The notes beneath the pieces are model-generated. The model was not told where the DNA came from and made no database searches. It saw only the letters and a list, made by a program, of their open reading frames with translations. Below, one piece after another: positions 14,394 to 24,063 of a stretch of DNA of 52,664 bases. The position numbers and the translations under genes were made by a program. This stretch comes from a virus (lineage: Duplodnaviria > Caudoviricetes), in IMG/VR virus record IMGVR_UViG_3300031211_000007, positions 1 through 52,664 of that record; one strand, written 5' to 3'. Position 1 is the first letter of the stretch. Every line of letters starts with the position of its first letter.

Positions 14394-17300
14394 TTATTTA
14401 GGATTACTAACCTTTGTCTTAATGCCACTCTTGGCGGTGTAAGATAGTTTGATATTACCACCTTCTTTTAGGTTACCATCCATAACCTCATCAGTTATAG
14501 GGTCCTCAACGTACTTCTGAATTGCTTTCTTAAGTGGTCTAGCACCATATTCTTTATGATACCCCTCTTTAGCAATGTAATCCATAGCACTCTTATTCAC
14601 TTGCAAGTAATAATTTAACTCGCTTACCCTACTTTTAACAATATCAATTTCGTTTTTAATTATTTCATTGATATCTGTTTGTTTAAGTGAATTAAAGATG
14701 ATTGTTTCATCTATCCTATTTAAAAATTCAGGTTTAAATTTATCTTTTAAAGCCTTTTGAATTATTGATTTAGCACGTTCTTCCTCGTTTATAATAGAGT
14801 TCTTGGTCTCAAAACCAATGCCCTTACCAAAATTACTTAACTCTCTAACACCAATGTTAGAAGTCATAATAATGATTGTATTCTTAAAGTCTACCTTCCT
14901 ATCATTACTGTCAGTTAAATAACCTTCATCTAGAAGCTGTAACATTAAGTTGAAGATGTCTTCATGGGCTTTCTCAATTTCATCAAATAAGATTACAGAA
15001 TAAGGTCTACGTCTAACTGCTTCAGTAAGTTTACCCCCTTCTCCGTATCCAACATAACCTGGGGGTGCTCCAATTAATTTAGTCATGGAGAATTTTTCCA
15101 TGTACTCTGACATATCTACCTTTATTAAGGATTCTTTATCACCGAATACCTGTTCAGCAATTACTTTAGATAGATGTGTTTTACCTACACCTGTTGGACC
15201 TAAGAAGATAAAAGAACCCATTGGTTTATATGCGTTTCTAATACCTAATCTACTTCTTCTAATACATTTAGATATCTTACTAACTGCCTTATCTTGACCG
15301 ATAACGATATCTTTCAAGTCTTTCTCAAGGTTCTTAAGAGTGTTGGCCTCTACTGACGTCAATTTGGTTAATGGGATACCTGTCATAGTTGATATTACAG
15401 TTTCTACCATTTCACTAGTTATCTCCGTAAAGTTAACTTCATTATTATTTTCCCACTCAAACATCATGTTTTCAAGCTCTGTCTCTAACTTTAATCTATC
15501 GTTTTTAAGCTTAGCGGCATCTTCAAAGTCTTGCTGTTTGATGACAGCTTTCATCTCTTCTTGAATATCAACTATCTTATCCCTTATAGTTTTTATTTTT
15601 TTAGGTAGCTTAACGTCTATGTTGGTAAACGCACCAGTTTCATCCATTATATCAATGGCCTTGTCTGGCATAGCTCTATCAGACACATACCTGTCAGCTA
15701 ATTTGATAATTAGGTCAATGACCTTATCACTGTACTTAACTTTATGATAATTTTCGTAATTATCTTTTATGTTGGTTAGAATATCTTTAGTCTCGTCTAA
15801 AGATGGTTCTCTAACTAGAACTTCTTGAAACCTTCTTGTTAAAGCACCGTCAGTTTCAATATTTTCACGATATTCATCCAATGTTGTAGCACCTATGATT
15901 TGAATTTCACCTCTAGCTAAAGCTGGTTTAAAAATATTAGATGCGTCTAGCGCTCCTGATGCGCCACCAGCACCTACTATGGTGTGTAACTCATCAATAA
16001 ACAAAACAACATCGGTGTTGTCTTTAAGTTCTTCTAAAATAGCTTTCATTCTCTCTTCAAATTGACCACGGTACTTAGTACCTGCAACAATAGAAGCTAA
16101 ATCTAATGAGAATATGCGCTTACCTAATAATGGTTTAGGTGCGTCACCACTGTTTATTAATAAGGCCAAACCTTCTACTATTGATGTGTTATGAGTCACA
16201 ACATAATTATCCGTGACATATAAGTGGTTCTCATCTTCAATTTTAATACACTTAGCCTCTTTAACACCAATAAAATTAATATCGGTAATATTATTTTTAA
16301 GAGTGTCTGAATATTGATAATTTAATGGAAGTCGCTCTATTTTTCTTTGTAACCTAAATAAATTTCTAGGGGTTTTATACCTAATTGTTAAAACGTAAGA
16401 TAATTGCCCTTTTTTACGTTCATCTTTATAAGTGAAAAAAGTTTGTTTTTCTTTAATTTTTGCTACACCACCTATAGACCAAATTAATTCTTGAATATCT
16501 TTTATTAATTGTTGACTAACACTAGAATATTGAATTGTACCTGTTTCTGTTACCGTACCATCTGAATCTAACAACCCTTGTAATAAACTAATTTTTTGAT
16601 TAAAAGAACCATTTTTATATTTTTCTGGTATAAATTTGGTTTCAGATTTTGTTTCAGTCAAATTTAATGAATTTGTTTCTTTTAATAATGGATGTACCCT
16701 ATCATTCTTATAATGTCTAGTTCTAGCCTCTAAATATTTAGAATCACTTAAACCTAATCTATAAGAATTTGTTTTATTTTTAACTTTATTTAAGTTTAAT
16801 TGATAATCCTCACCAATTATTTCACTTACTAACTCAGGGATTTCAATATCAGCACTTGTAAATGATAATTCACTTTTACCAAAATGACCATCACCCAATA
16901 ATAACCCCATTAAATATGGGTCAATTATATAATTCTTATTATTTTCAATTTTAGAAAAGAGTTGATTTGATACTAAAGGAATTTTCAGTTCATAATTAGT
17001 GTTTTCGATTTTATCCTTTATATCAAGGGTATTGATAGTTGACCATGTGTGGTTTCTATTTTCGCCTTTTGGAATTCCATATACTTGCCATAAATGTTCA
17101 CCACATGCTTCAGTACTCCTACCATCTTTAAATGTTATTTGATAAATATCTTTCTCACCTTGTGGATAGGTACCAATTACCTTAGTTACGTCACCATTAG
17201 GTGTTAAAACATCATCACCAACTTCTATTTCACCCATAGTAGTCCAACCATTAGGTGTAAGTATTTTAGCTGTTAGAGGTTGTGCCTTACCCACACCAGC

Positions 17301-17972
17301 TTCACCAATCAGCACTGGGTTATTTTTCTTTCTTCTAGATAATATTGCTGTGACTCTTCTAATCTCATCACCTCTGCCCACAACTGGGTCGATTCTGTTT
17401 TCGGATGCTGCTCTAGAGATATCTCTACAAAAATTATCTAGTACTTCAGTTTTAGAAGAGTTTTTGGATTTTCTTTTTTTAGGGTTATTAAGTGGAATGT
17501 TCTCAAACTCACTATCGGTTGGTTCATTTATGTTGTTTTCGGGTTCCATTAGTAATTGTTTAAAAGTTTTATAATTCATTTTAAGTTTATTGAACGATTT
17601 TTGTGCATCACACTTCGTTTTAAGTAGCGCTAACATCAAATGCTTTTCTGAGATAAGATTCTCATTCATATTATCACACTCTTTCTTCATTTGATTGATT
17701 AAAAACTTAGTAGACTCACTAGGTAATATCTCTGGTGAAGAACTATAAGCTTTATTTGTATTTATAACACTATTAGTTAAGAGTGAATCAACTTGGTCAA
17801 ATAAACTTTCAATATTGAAATTCGCATTCATCAATATTTGATAAACAGCATTGTCGGCATGTAAAATAATCGATAAGGTTATGTGCTCTGGTCTTATTTT
17901 ATTGTCTTCATAATCTTTAGCACTACTCATAGCACCTCTCATAATTTCACTTAACGTTTTATTGAATTTCAT
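14394..17972 (-). CDS. clpC: ClpC-type AAA+ chaperone with intein
   Basis: Clp-N repeats, GEAGVGK|T, FIDELH, UVR coil, GPTGVGKT, GARPL. Confidence 0.95.
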   Translation of the reverse strand: MKFNKTLSEIMRGAMSSAKDYEDNKIRPEHITLSIILHADNAVYQILMNANFNIESLFDQVDSLLTNSVINTNKAYSSSPEILPSESTKFLINQMKKECDNMNENLISEKHLMLALLKTKCDAQKSFNKLKMNYKTFKQLLMEPENNINEPTDSEFENIPLNNPKKRKSKNSSKTEVLDNFCRDISRAASENRIDPVVGRGDEIRRVTAILSRRKKNNPVLIGEAGVGKAQPLTAKILTPNGWTTMGEIEVGDDVLTPNGDVTKVIGTYPQGEKDIYQITFKDGRSTEACGEHLWQVYGIPKGENRNHTWSTINTLDIKDKIENTNYELKIPLVSNQLFSKIENNKNYIIDPYLMGLLLGDGHFGKSELSFTSADIEIPELVSEIIGEDYQLNLNKVKNKTNSYRLGLSDSKYLEARTRHYKNDRVHPLLKETNSLNLTETKSETKFIPEKYKNGSFNQKISLLQGLLDSDGTVTETGTIQYSSVSQQLIKDIQELIWSIGGVAKIKEKQTFFTYKDERKKGQLSYVLTIRYKTPRNLFRLQRKIERLPLNYQYSDTLKNNITDINFIGVKEAKCIKIEDENHLYVTDNYVVTHNTSIVEGLALLINSGDAPKPLLGKRIFSLDLASIVAGTKYRGQFEERMKAILEELKDNTDVVLFIDELHTIVGAGGASGALDASNIFKPALARGEIQIIGATTLDEYRENIETDGALTRRFQEVLVREPSLDETKDILTNIKDNYENYHKVKYSDKVIDLIIKLADRYVSDRAMPDKAIDIMDETGAFTNIDVKLPKKIKTIRDKIVDIQEEMKAVIKQQDFEDAAKLKNDRLKLETELENMMFEWENNNEVNFTEITSEMVETVISTMTGIPLTKLTSVEANTLKNLEKDLKDIVIGQDKAVSKISKCIRRSRLGIRNAYKPMGSFIFLGPTGVGKTHLSKVIAEQVFGDKESLIKVDMSEYMEKFSMTKLIGAPPGYVGYGEGGKLTEAVRRRPYSVILFDEIEKAHEDIFNLMLQLLDEGYLTDSNDRKVDFKNTIIIMTSNIGVRELSNFGKGIGFETKNSIINEEERAKSIIQKALKDKFKPEFLNRIDETIIFNSLKQTDINEIIKNEIDIVKSRVSELNYYLQVNKSAMDYIAKEGYHKEYGARPLKKAIQKYVEDPITDEVMDGNLKEGGNIKLSYTAKSGIKTKVSNPK
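16188..17285 (-). mobile_element. class 3 intein (366 aa) with LAGLIDADG endonuclease, in ClpC Walker A
   Basis: starts AQP, ends VVTHN|T; HLW, AKC, THN (WCT triplet); GLLLGDG and GLLDSDG. Confidence 0.9.
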
Positions 17973-18075
17973 CTATATATGTTATTTGTTCAAGGCAAAG
18001 ATACATAAATTATTCCAAAAAACAAGTTGTTTTCTCTTTCATTTTATAGTATATTTGATTTAAAATAGAAATAAT

Positions 18076-18513
18076 ATGTTAATAAAAAAGAAAGTGGATG
18101 GTGATATTGTAAGAAGTCATTACAAGTCATCTAATTTGCTGGTCTCTGAATACGACCAGACTAACAAGGATTTAACCATTACATTTAAAAACGGTGGTCA
18201 GTATAAATACATAGATGTATCACCTACTGATTATATGCGTTTTGAATTGGCTGACAGTCAAGGTAAGGTTCTGAATTCAAAAATAAAACCTAATTATAAA
18301 TTTGAAAATCTTGGTAAGGTTGATGTATCATTGATGATTGAAGAAATTAACAAGGTTGATAACGAAGAAAAGAAAGAATATCAAGGTGTTGTGATATCTG
18401 CAATGAAAGGTATGATTCAAGATTGGGATGATAATGATGAAGAATTCTCAGACGCTAAACTTGATAAGGTTGTTAAATTTATTGAAAAGTATAAAGAAAA
18501 AATAAATTCATGA
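18076..18513 (+). CDS. KTSC domain protein
   Basis: SSNL...YD...LTITFKNGGQYKY...ADSQGK; TATATTTG at 18050. Confidence 0.85.
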   Translation: MLIKKKVDGDIVRSHYKSSNLLVSEYDQTNKDLTITFKNGGQYKYIDVSPTDYMRFELADSQGKVLNSKIKPNYKFENLGKVDVSLMIEEINKVDNEEKKEYQGVVISAMKGMIQDWDDNDEEFSDAKLDKVVKFIEKYKEKINS

Positions 18514-18674
18514 TAGATACGGAATGGTTATATCAATATTTAGAAGAAGAATCTTTACATTATTTAACTCAGCACGACCCATATGATGGGGTTGTTAGTG
18601 AATTTTATTTCAATACTTTTGCTGAGATAGACCATTATGTTGAGAAGTATAACATACCAGTTACATTAAAATAG
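18510..18674 (+). CDS. 54-aa hypothetical protein (not in ORF track)
   Basis: ATGA overlap; MIDTEWLYQYLEEE...; ends 4 nt before thyA. Confidence 0.65.
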   Translation: MIDTEWLYQYLEEESLHYLTQHDPYDGVVSEFYFNTFAEIDHYVEKYNIPVTLK

Positions 18675-18678
18675 AAAT

Positions 18679-19740
18679 ATGAACAATAGAATAGATTACG
18701 AATACATAGACTTAATTAATGACATTTTCGTTAACGGTAGAGAAAAAGGTGATAGAACTGGAACTGGAACTAAGTCTGTTTTTGGTCGAGAGATAAGGCA
18801 TAATATGGCTGACGGTTTCCCTCTGTTGACAACCAAGAAAATGCCATTTAGGATTTTAGTAACAGAGTTAATATGGTTCCTAAAGGGTGATACTAACATA
18901 AGGTATTTAGTTGATAACGGTTGTAATATTTGGAACGGCGATGCCTACAAAGGATGGGTTAGAGGCATTAAAGACACCTATACTGAAAAATCTGAACTAA
19001 GGGAAATTGACTGTTTTTTAAAAGGTGACGGTAAAGCACCGTCCTTTTTATTAACTCAGAAAGAGTTTCTTAATAAAATAAAAACGGACAATGATTTCGC
19101 TAAGAAATATGGAGAGCTAGGACCCATATATGGTGGCCAGTGGAGAAAGTGGGGTGATGAAAACATTGACCAAATAAAAGATTTAATACATAATCTTAAA
19201 ACAAACCCAGACTCTAGGAGGCTTATGGTTAACGCTTGGAATGTAAGTGATATTGGTGATATGACATTACCGCCATGTCATTATGGTTTTCAAGCGTATA
19301 CTAGAGAATTAAGTGATAAAGAGAGGATAGGGTACCTTGGTAATAATGTAGCAGACATTAATCTTGCGCCAGTTGAGGACTTGATTAGGTTTTGTGACGA
19401 GAATAACGTTCCTACTAGAGCAATTTCATTAAAATGGAATCAACGTTCAGTTGATACATTTTTGGGCTTACCCTTTAATATTGCTTCTTATGCATTATTA
19501 TTACTTCTATTAAGTAAGGAAGTTAATATGGTACCTGAAGAGTTGATTGGTAGCTTAGGTGATGTCCATTTATATAGTAACCACATTACTCAAGCAAATG
19601 AGTTGGTAACAAGAATCCCTTTCGATTTACCTAGTGTCACAATAAACGACTCATTTGATATTGACAATTTAGGGTTTGGAGATTTTACTCTAAATGGTTA
19701 CGAAAGTCATTCTGCAATTAAAGCTCCTTTATCCAATTAA
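18679..19740 (+). CDS. thyA: thymidylate synthase
   Basis: DRTGTGT, LGPIYG, LPPCH, QRSVDTFLGLPFNIASY, GDVHLYSNH. Confidence 0.97.
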   Translation: MNNRIDYEYIDLINDIFVNGREKGDRTGTGTKSVFGREIRHNMADGFPLLTTKKMPFRILVTELIWFLKGDTNIRYLVDNGCNIWNGDAYKGWVRGIKDTYTEKSELREIDCFLKGDGKAPSFLLTQKEFLNKIKTDNDFAKKYGELGPIYGGQWRKWGDENIDQIKDLIHNLKTNPDSRRLMVNAWNVSDIGDMTLPPCHYGFQAYTRELSDKERIGYLGNNVADINLAPVEDLIRFCDENNVPTRAISLKWNQRSVDTFLGLPFNIASYALLLLLLSKEVNMVPEELIGSLGDVHLYSNHITQANELVTRIPFDLPSVTINDSFDIDNLGFGDFTLNGYESHSAIKAPLSN

Positions 19741-19829
19741 TACAATTATAAGGGTCTAAGGTTACATTACTTGCTCAAAATATTGATTTTAATATATTTT
19801 CATATATTTATATAGTAAAAGGTATAATA

Positions 19830-20060
19830 ATGAGAAATCTTGAGCAAGTAATTCACCCTGCGGCTGATGCTAATTTTGATGAGTATGTTTATATTAAAGT
19901 GTACGCATCTAGCGCTGCTACGCCTACTATTAATGGCACAGAAGTCGGATTGATTGCAGGTGTAACTTTAGATATATTAGTCAAAACAATAAGTTCAACG
20001 GCTAATACTTTTGTAATAGGTTATAAGAAAATGATACCACCTAAAGTAATAAACGGATAA
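19830..20060 (+). CDS. hypothetical late/virion protein
   Basis: 76-aa beta-rich ORF after TATTTATA (19805). Confidence 0.7.
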   Translation: MRNLEQVIHPAADANFDEYVYIKVYASSAATPTINGTEVGLIAGVTLDILVKTISSTANTFVIGYKKMIPPKVING

Positions 20061-20075
20061 AAAACAAAACAAATA

Positions 20076-20924
20076 ATGAAAAATAATATTAGACCAACTA
20101 GTTTAAAAGGTAATGACCAAATAAAAAGAATGAGAGGGTTAATGGGAATGGCACCTATTAATGAAGACACTAAAACTTCTGTCGTTGAATTAACTAAGAA
20201 AGGTCCTGATGGTAAAATTTATGGTATTGTTAGAGAGAACCATAAATATTTTATTAAAGTAACTGATAAATCTGAAAACTTAATCGCCGAGGATTTTAAT
20301 TACATCGGTGGTCTAAAGAATAAAACTGATAAGGCTTATGATAGTTACTCTCAAGCGACTAAACAATTAAACCTTAAGTTTATCAGTCTTAACGAAGCTT
20401 TAGGTAAAAAAGATTCTATCAACGTATTAAAAAATGACAGCTTACTAAACGAAAACTCTGATTGTTATTCGGAAAGCCCTAAACCTAGTCAACCTGACAC
20501 GCCACTTGGTACTGTTAAGACTATGGGTGGTAATGAAGGTCATGATGAAGAAATTGCTTCTGATAATGACACCGTTAAAGAATATGGTGACAGCATCAAT
20601 GAAAAAGCTGAAAAAGATGATGAGTATAAAAAACTATTCAACGCTGAGCTAAAGAAAATGGGTCACGAACCAGAAGACTTTGGTAAGCTTTCTGATAAAG
20701 AGAAAAAAGATTTATTTGATACGCTTGATAAAAAGTGGGATTCTGATAAAGAAAAAAAATACTCTGATTCTGACGCAGAGGAAAATGTTGAATTAAGTGA
20801 AAGTGAAAAAGCTATTGACGCTATCATTCTTGAAATGATAGGTGAGTCTACAAATGGCCTTAAGATTACTACAGCTATTAATAACATTATTAAAGGTGAA
20901 GGTAATTCAAAAAAAAAAGCATAG
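20076..20924 (+). CDS. hypothetical head-module protein; candidate -1 fusion to 21988
   Basis: many L/I-x-E motifs; ends TCA AAA AAA AAA GCA TAG. Confidence 0.8.
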   Translation: MKNNIRPTSLKGNDQIKRMRGLMGMAPINEDTKTSVVELTKKGPDGKIYGIVRENHKYFIKVTDKSENLIAEDFNYIGGLKNKTDKAYDSYSQATKQLNLKFISLNEALGKKDSINVLKNDSLLNENSDCYSESPKPSQPDTPLGTVKTMGGNEGHDEEIASDNDTVKEYGDSINEKAEKDDEYKKLFNAELKKMGHEPEDFGKLSDKEKKDLFDTLDKKWDSDKEKKYSDSDAEENVELSESEKAIDAIILEMIGESTNGLKITTAINNIIKGEGNSKKKA

Positions 20925-20983
20925 CTGAAACTAAATATAAGTTAAAACTTGATGACCCATCTCCTGAGCCAGAAGCTAATGAG

Positions 20984-21988
20984 ATGGGTTCTTCTATTCC
21001 TGACGATAGCTCTTCTGAAGAGATGCTAGAACCTAGCGCAGAAGAACCTTCTGATAAACCTTTTGATGAAGAACCTTTTGATGCGGGTGTTGAAGCTGAC
21101 GAAGATGAAAACCCTGAAAAATACATACAACAGTTATCTGGTAAATTAGGTCAAAGCCTTAGAAGTTATACGGATGACCTAGCTGAACCTGATTATGATT
21201 TAGAGAAGTTTGCAATAAACTCTGTTTTATCGGCTACTAATTCAGGTGAAATGGATAGTGAGGACCAATCTGATATCATTCAAAAAGTAAAATCATCGTC
21301 TACTGATACAATTGATGATGAGTCTGATGATGATAATGAACCTGAAGTAGAAGATGATGATGTCGATAGTGAAGGTGGGTTAGATTTAGACGATATAGAT
21401 ATGGAAGAAGGTGATAACAAGAAAACTGTTTTTGCCGATTCTACTTTAGGTGTTGGTAACGGTGGTATGGAAGAAAATAAGTACTCAACTAATGAGTCTA
21501 AGGAAGGAACCGATGTTTTTAAAGATAAAATTAAAAATATGTTAAAAGAAAATTTTATAGATGAGTTTGAGATGATGACAACTCAACCTGAACCTCAAAC
21601 TAAGCCTAAAACCGAACCTAAGACTAAGCCTAACAGAAGGTCTAAACCTTGGAGAATAATCCCTGAACAGTTACCAGACCCTCAACCAAAGGCTGATGCA
21701 ACTAGTGTTAAATTCATAGATTCTAGTAATTTTAGTAGTGATGGTAATAGTGTTACTTTAACCTTTGATATTAAAGGTAAAAGATTTAACGGCGTTAACT
21801 TTACGAATAGCGGTCAAGTTGTTAGTAAACCATCAGAAGAAGATGAACCTTATGTTTACTTGTACACAACAGATATTTTAGATAACGGTAAACAATATAT
21901 GATTAACGTTTCTAAATATGGTGAACCAGATAACCACAGTAACCCTAGTTTTACTAACGGTAATAAACCAGAGATTAAAGAATTTTAA
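20984..21988 (+). CDS. acidic head-module protein, probably the C-terminal part of a frameshift fusion
   Basis: frame open back to the A10 tract at 20909-20918; PQTKPKTEPKTKP repeats. Confidence 0.75.
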   Translation: MGSSIPDDSSSEEMLEPSAEEPSDKPFDEEPFDAGVEADEDENPEKYIQQLSGKLGQSLRSYTDDLAEPDYDLEKFAINSVLSATNSGEMDSEDQSDIIQKVKSSSTDTIDDESDDDNEPEVEDDDVDSEGGLDLDDIDMEEGDNKKTVFADSTLGVGNGGMEENKYSTNESKEGTDVFKDKIKNMLKENFIDEFEMMTTQPEPQTKPKTEPKTKPNRRSKPWRIIPEQLPDPQPKADATSVKFIDSSNFSSDGNSVTLTFDIKGKRFNGVNFTNSGQVVSKPSEEDEPYVYLYTTDILDNGKQYMINVSKYGEPDNHSNPSFTNGNKPEIKEF

Positions 21989-22395
21989 TGGAAGAGTTAT
22001 ATCTAATATACATACATAAAATAGGTGCCAGTTATAGGGACATGTTTTTCTATGAATTTATATTTAGTGACGATATAGAATCAGTGGACGGTGAGGAATG
22101 GGATTCTTACCCAGCAAACGGTAATCCAAAACCACCATTTGATGATATGATATTGAAAGTAGGTAAAATAGCCGTTGATTTTGAGTTACATGTAGCACAA
22201 GACAACGAACTATTCTCAATGTACGACTCTATGGATGGTATAATACCTTTAGGTTGGCAAAATATTGACGGCCTAGACGAGTACCCAGAAGATAGAGTAA
22301 TATTCCCATTTGGGATGCCAATAAAAGACGTAGTAGACAAGCTTTACGAGAAAGATGTCGAAATGGAATTAGAAAATACAGACGACGATGAATAA
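21988..22395 (+). CDS. hypothetical protein
   Basis: TAATG-coupled 135-aa ORF. Confidence 0.8.
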   Translation: MEELYLIYIHKIGASYRDMFFYEFIFSDDIESVDGEEWDSYPANGNPKPPFDDMILKVGKIAVDFELHVAQDNELFSMYDSMDGIIPLGWQNIDGLDEYPEDRVIFPFGMPIKDVVDKLYEKDVEMELENTDDDE

Positions 22396-22747
22396 ATTAA
22401 GAAAAAAAATTGAAGAAGAGGGTGTTACATACTCAGTTACTAAAGATAGCTTAGAAGATATTAGCCCAGAATTAGAAAGAGCTGTTGAAGACGGTGACAC
22501 TGTTAAGGTAACTCAAAACGAAAGTAAGGGTGAAGAAAACGAAGATAATGAAGTGGATTCATTATATTCAGATGCTGATGATAGGGCCATTGAGTACGGC
22601 GTTAAAAATGAAGCTTTTAATAAGTTCTTAGAAAGTTTAGGTCAAAGCACATCACCTAAGGTTAATATAAATGAAAATATTTCTGAATCTGTTAACCCTA
22701 GAATAAAAAAGAGTGAATTAATAAACTACTTTAAAAACAAAAAATAA
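22388..22747 (+). CDS. hypothetical protein
   Basis: overlapping 119-aa ORF with INE/ISE motifs. Confidence 0.8.
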   Translation: MNKLRKKIEEEGVTYSVTKDSLEDISPELERAVEDGDTVKVTQNESKGEENEDNEVDSLYSDADDRAIEYGVKNEAFNKFLESLGQSTSPKVNINENISESVNPRIKKSELINYFKNKK

Positions 22748-23979
22748 TGGATAATAAAAGGATAAAACTTTTAGCTATCAGGTCTTTAAAAAAAGCTGAC
22801 GGTGAAAGTAAGTTAAATGAGAGTCGTATAAAATATGATGATAATCATAATGAAAGAATGGACCCTACTCTAGCTAAGCAACTTAGGGAGCGTAAACATT
22901 CTTTGGGTAATCACCCAGCTTTTCCAGAAGATGATGAAATGCATTTTGAAGAAAAGATGATGTCTAAGAGATTTTCTGATGTTTTAAAAAGGTTTAAAAG
23001 ACACCATGGCGTAGATGAAATTAATGTCAATGAGGTTACTAAAGGTCAAAGAGATTTGATGTTGAAAATAATCGATTTAGAAGAGTCTCACAAAGATGAG
23101 TTAATTCAAAAAGCTAAGGAGATGATTATGGAAGACTTTGACGTTGATGAAGGTGATTTAGTTATTGAAGCTGATTTAACAACAGATTTCACTTTAAATC
23201 TCGATAAAACTAAGATTAAGATGAACCCATCAACTGACATTGAATTTGATAGCCATGATGAGTTAGTCCAAGCTAATAAAGAAGTTTACAAACGTAGAAT
23301 GGTTAATGCTTTAATACAAGGTTCAGCCAAGAAGGTTAATCATATGTTTAATCTTATTGACGAGGACCTACAAGATATGGAACCTGTACTACCTAGTTTA
23401 TATTCTAAATTAATGTCTAGTGCAGATTACATGTATATGGTTCAAGATGATACTAAACCTAGAATGATAGGTGGTTTAGTTAATGTTGAATTCCCTAAGA
23501 CTGAAAATGATGTACCAAAGATAAAAGCTCAAGCCATTTGCTTACCTGTATTGATACATGAGATGGTCAAGGGTCTAATGGAAGTGTTAGCTTATCACAG
23601 CCTACCTAAAGACCCTAAGATAGCCCAGTTTGTTATCGATAAAGCCGACTTTATGTCTGCTGAGACTTGGGATATGAGATTAGGTCCACCTTTATGGGAA
23701 AAATTCTTGGATGCGTTACCTAGTGACGACTATAAATTAAAGCATCACGTGTTTGTTGATTTGGTCTCATTACCACCTGAGAAGTTTAATGATTGTTTCA
23801 GAGAAATCCTTATGGGTTCAAGAAAGGGTAAGGCTATTGTCAATGATATGTTGAATGATGTTAAAGACGAATTAATAGATGACGAGTTCGACAATGTGGT
23901 AGATAGAATAAGTGATGATGAATTTTTAGGTCCAGAGGATTTAGATAATTTAGATAGTGGAACTTGGTTTAATAACTAA
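22747..23979 (+). CDS. hypothetical protein upstream of terminase
   Basis: 410-aa ORF, TAATG-coupled; N-terminal KLNE. Confidence 0.85.
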   Translation: MDNKRIKLLAIRSLKKADGESKLNESRIKYDDNHNERMDPTLAKQLRERKHSLGNHPAFPEDDEMHFEEKMMSKRFSDVLKRFKRHHGVDEINVNEVTKGQRDLMLKIIDLEESHKDELIQKAKEMIMEDFDVDEGDLVIEADLTTDFTLNLDKTKIKMNPSTDIEFDSHDELVQANKEVYKRRMVNALIQGSAKKVNHMFNLIDEDLQDMEPVLPSLYSKLMSSADYMYMVQDDTKPRMIGGLVNVEFPKTENDVPKIKAQAICLPVLIHEMVKGLMEVLAYHSLPKDPKIAQFVIDKADFMSAETWDMRLGPPLWEKFLDALPSDDYKLKHHVFVDLVSLPPEKFNDCFREILMGSRKGKAIVNDMLNDVKDELIDDEFDNVVDRISDDEFLGPEDLDNLDSGTWFNN

Positions 23980-23999
23980 AATTCTATAAAATTAAGAAT

Positions 24000-24025
24000 A
24001 AAGGGCGCTAATAAGCGCTCTTTTT
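24000..24025 (+). terminator. intrinsic terminator
   Basis: GGGCGCT/AGCGCTC stem plus T-run. Confidence 0.7.
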
Positions 24026-24044
24026 ATTTTAGATAAGTTTAGCA

Positions 24045-24052
24045 TATTTATA
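24045..24052 (+). promoter_or_regulatory. late promoter motif TATTTATA (terminase)
   Basis: same motif precedes many structural genes. Confidence 0.65.
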
Positions 24053-24063
24053 TAGAAAGATAG

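Noticed and set aside
18679-19740. Intron in thyA or a dCMP hydroxymethylase
   Set aside because: The ORF is continuous and keeps the dUMP-specific Asn (FNIASY); the extra segments are short in-frame insertions.
22738-22750. Frameshift fusion at AAC AAA AAA TAA TG
   Set aside because: Ordinary TAATG translational coupling explains it.
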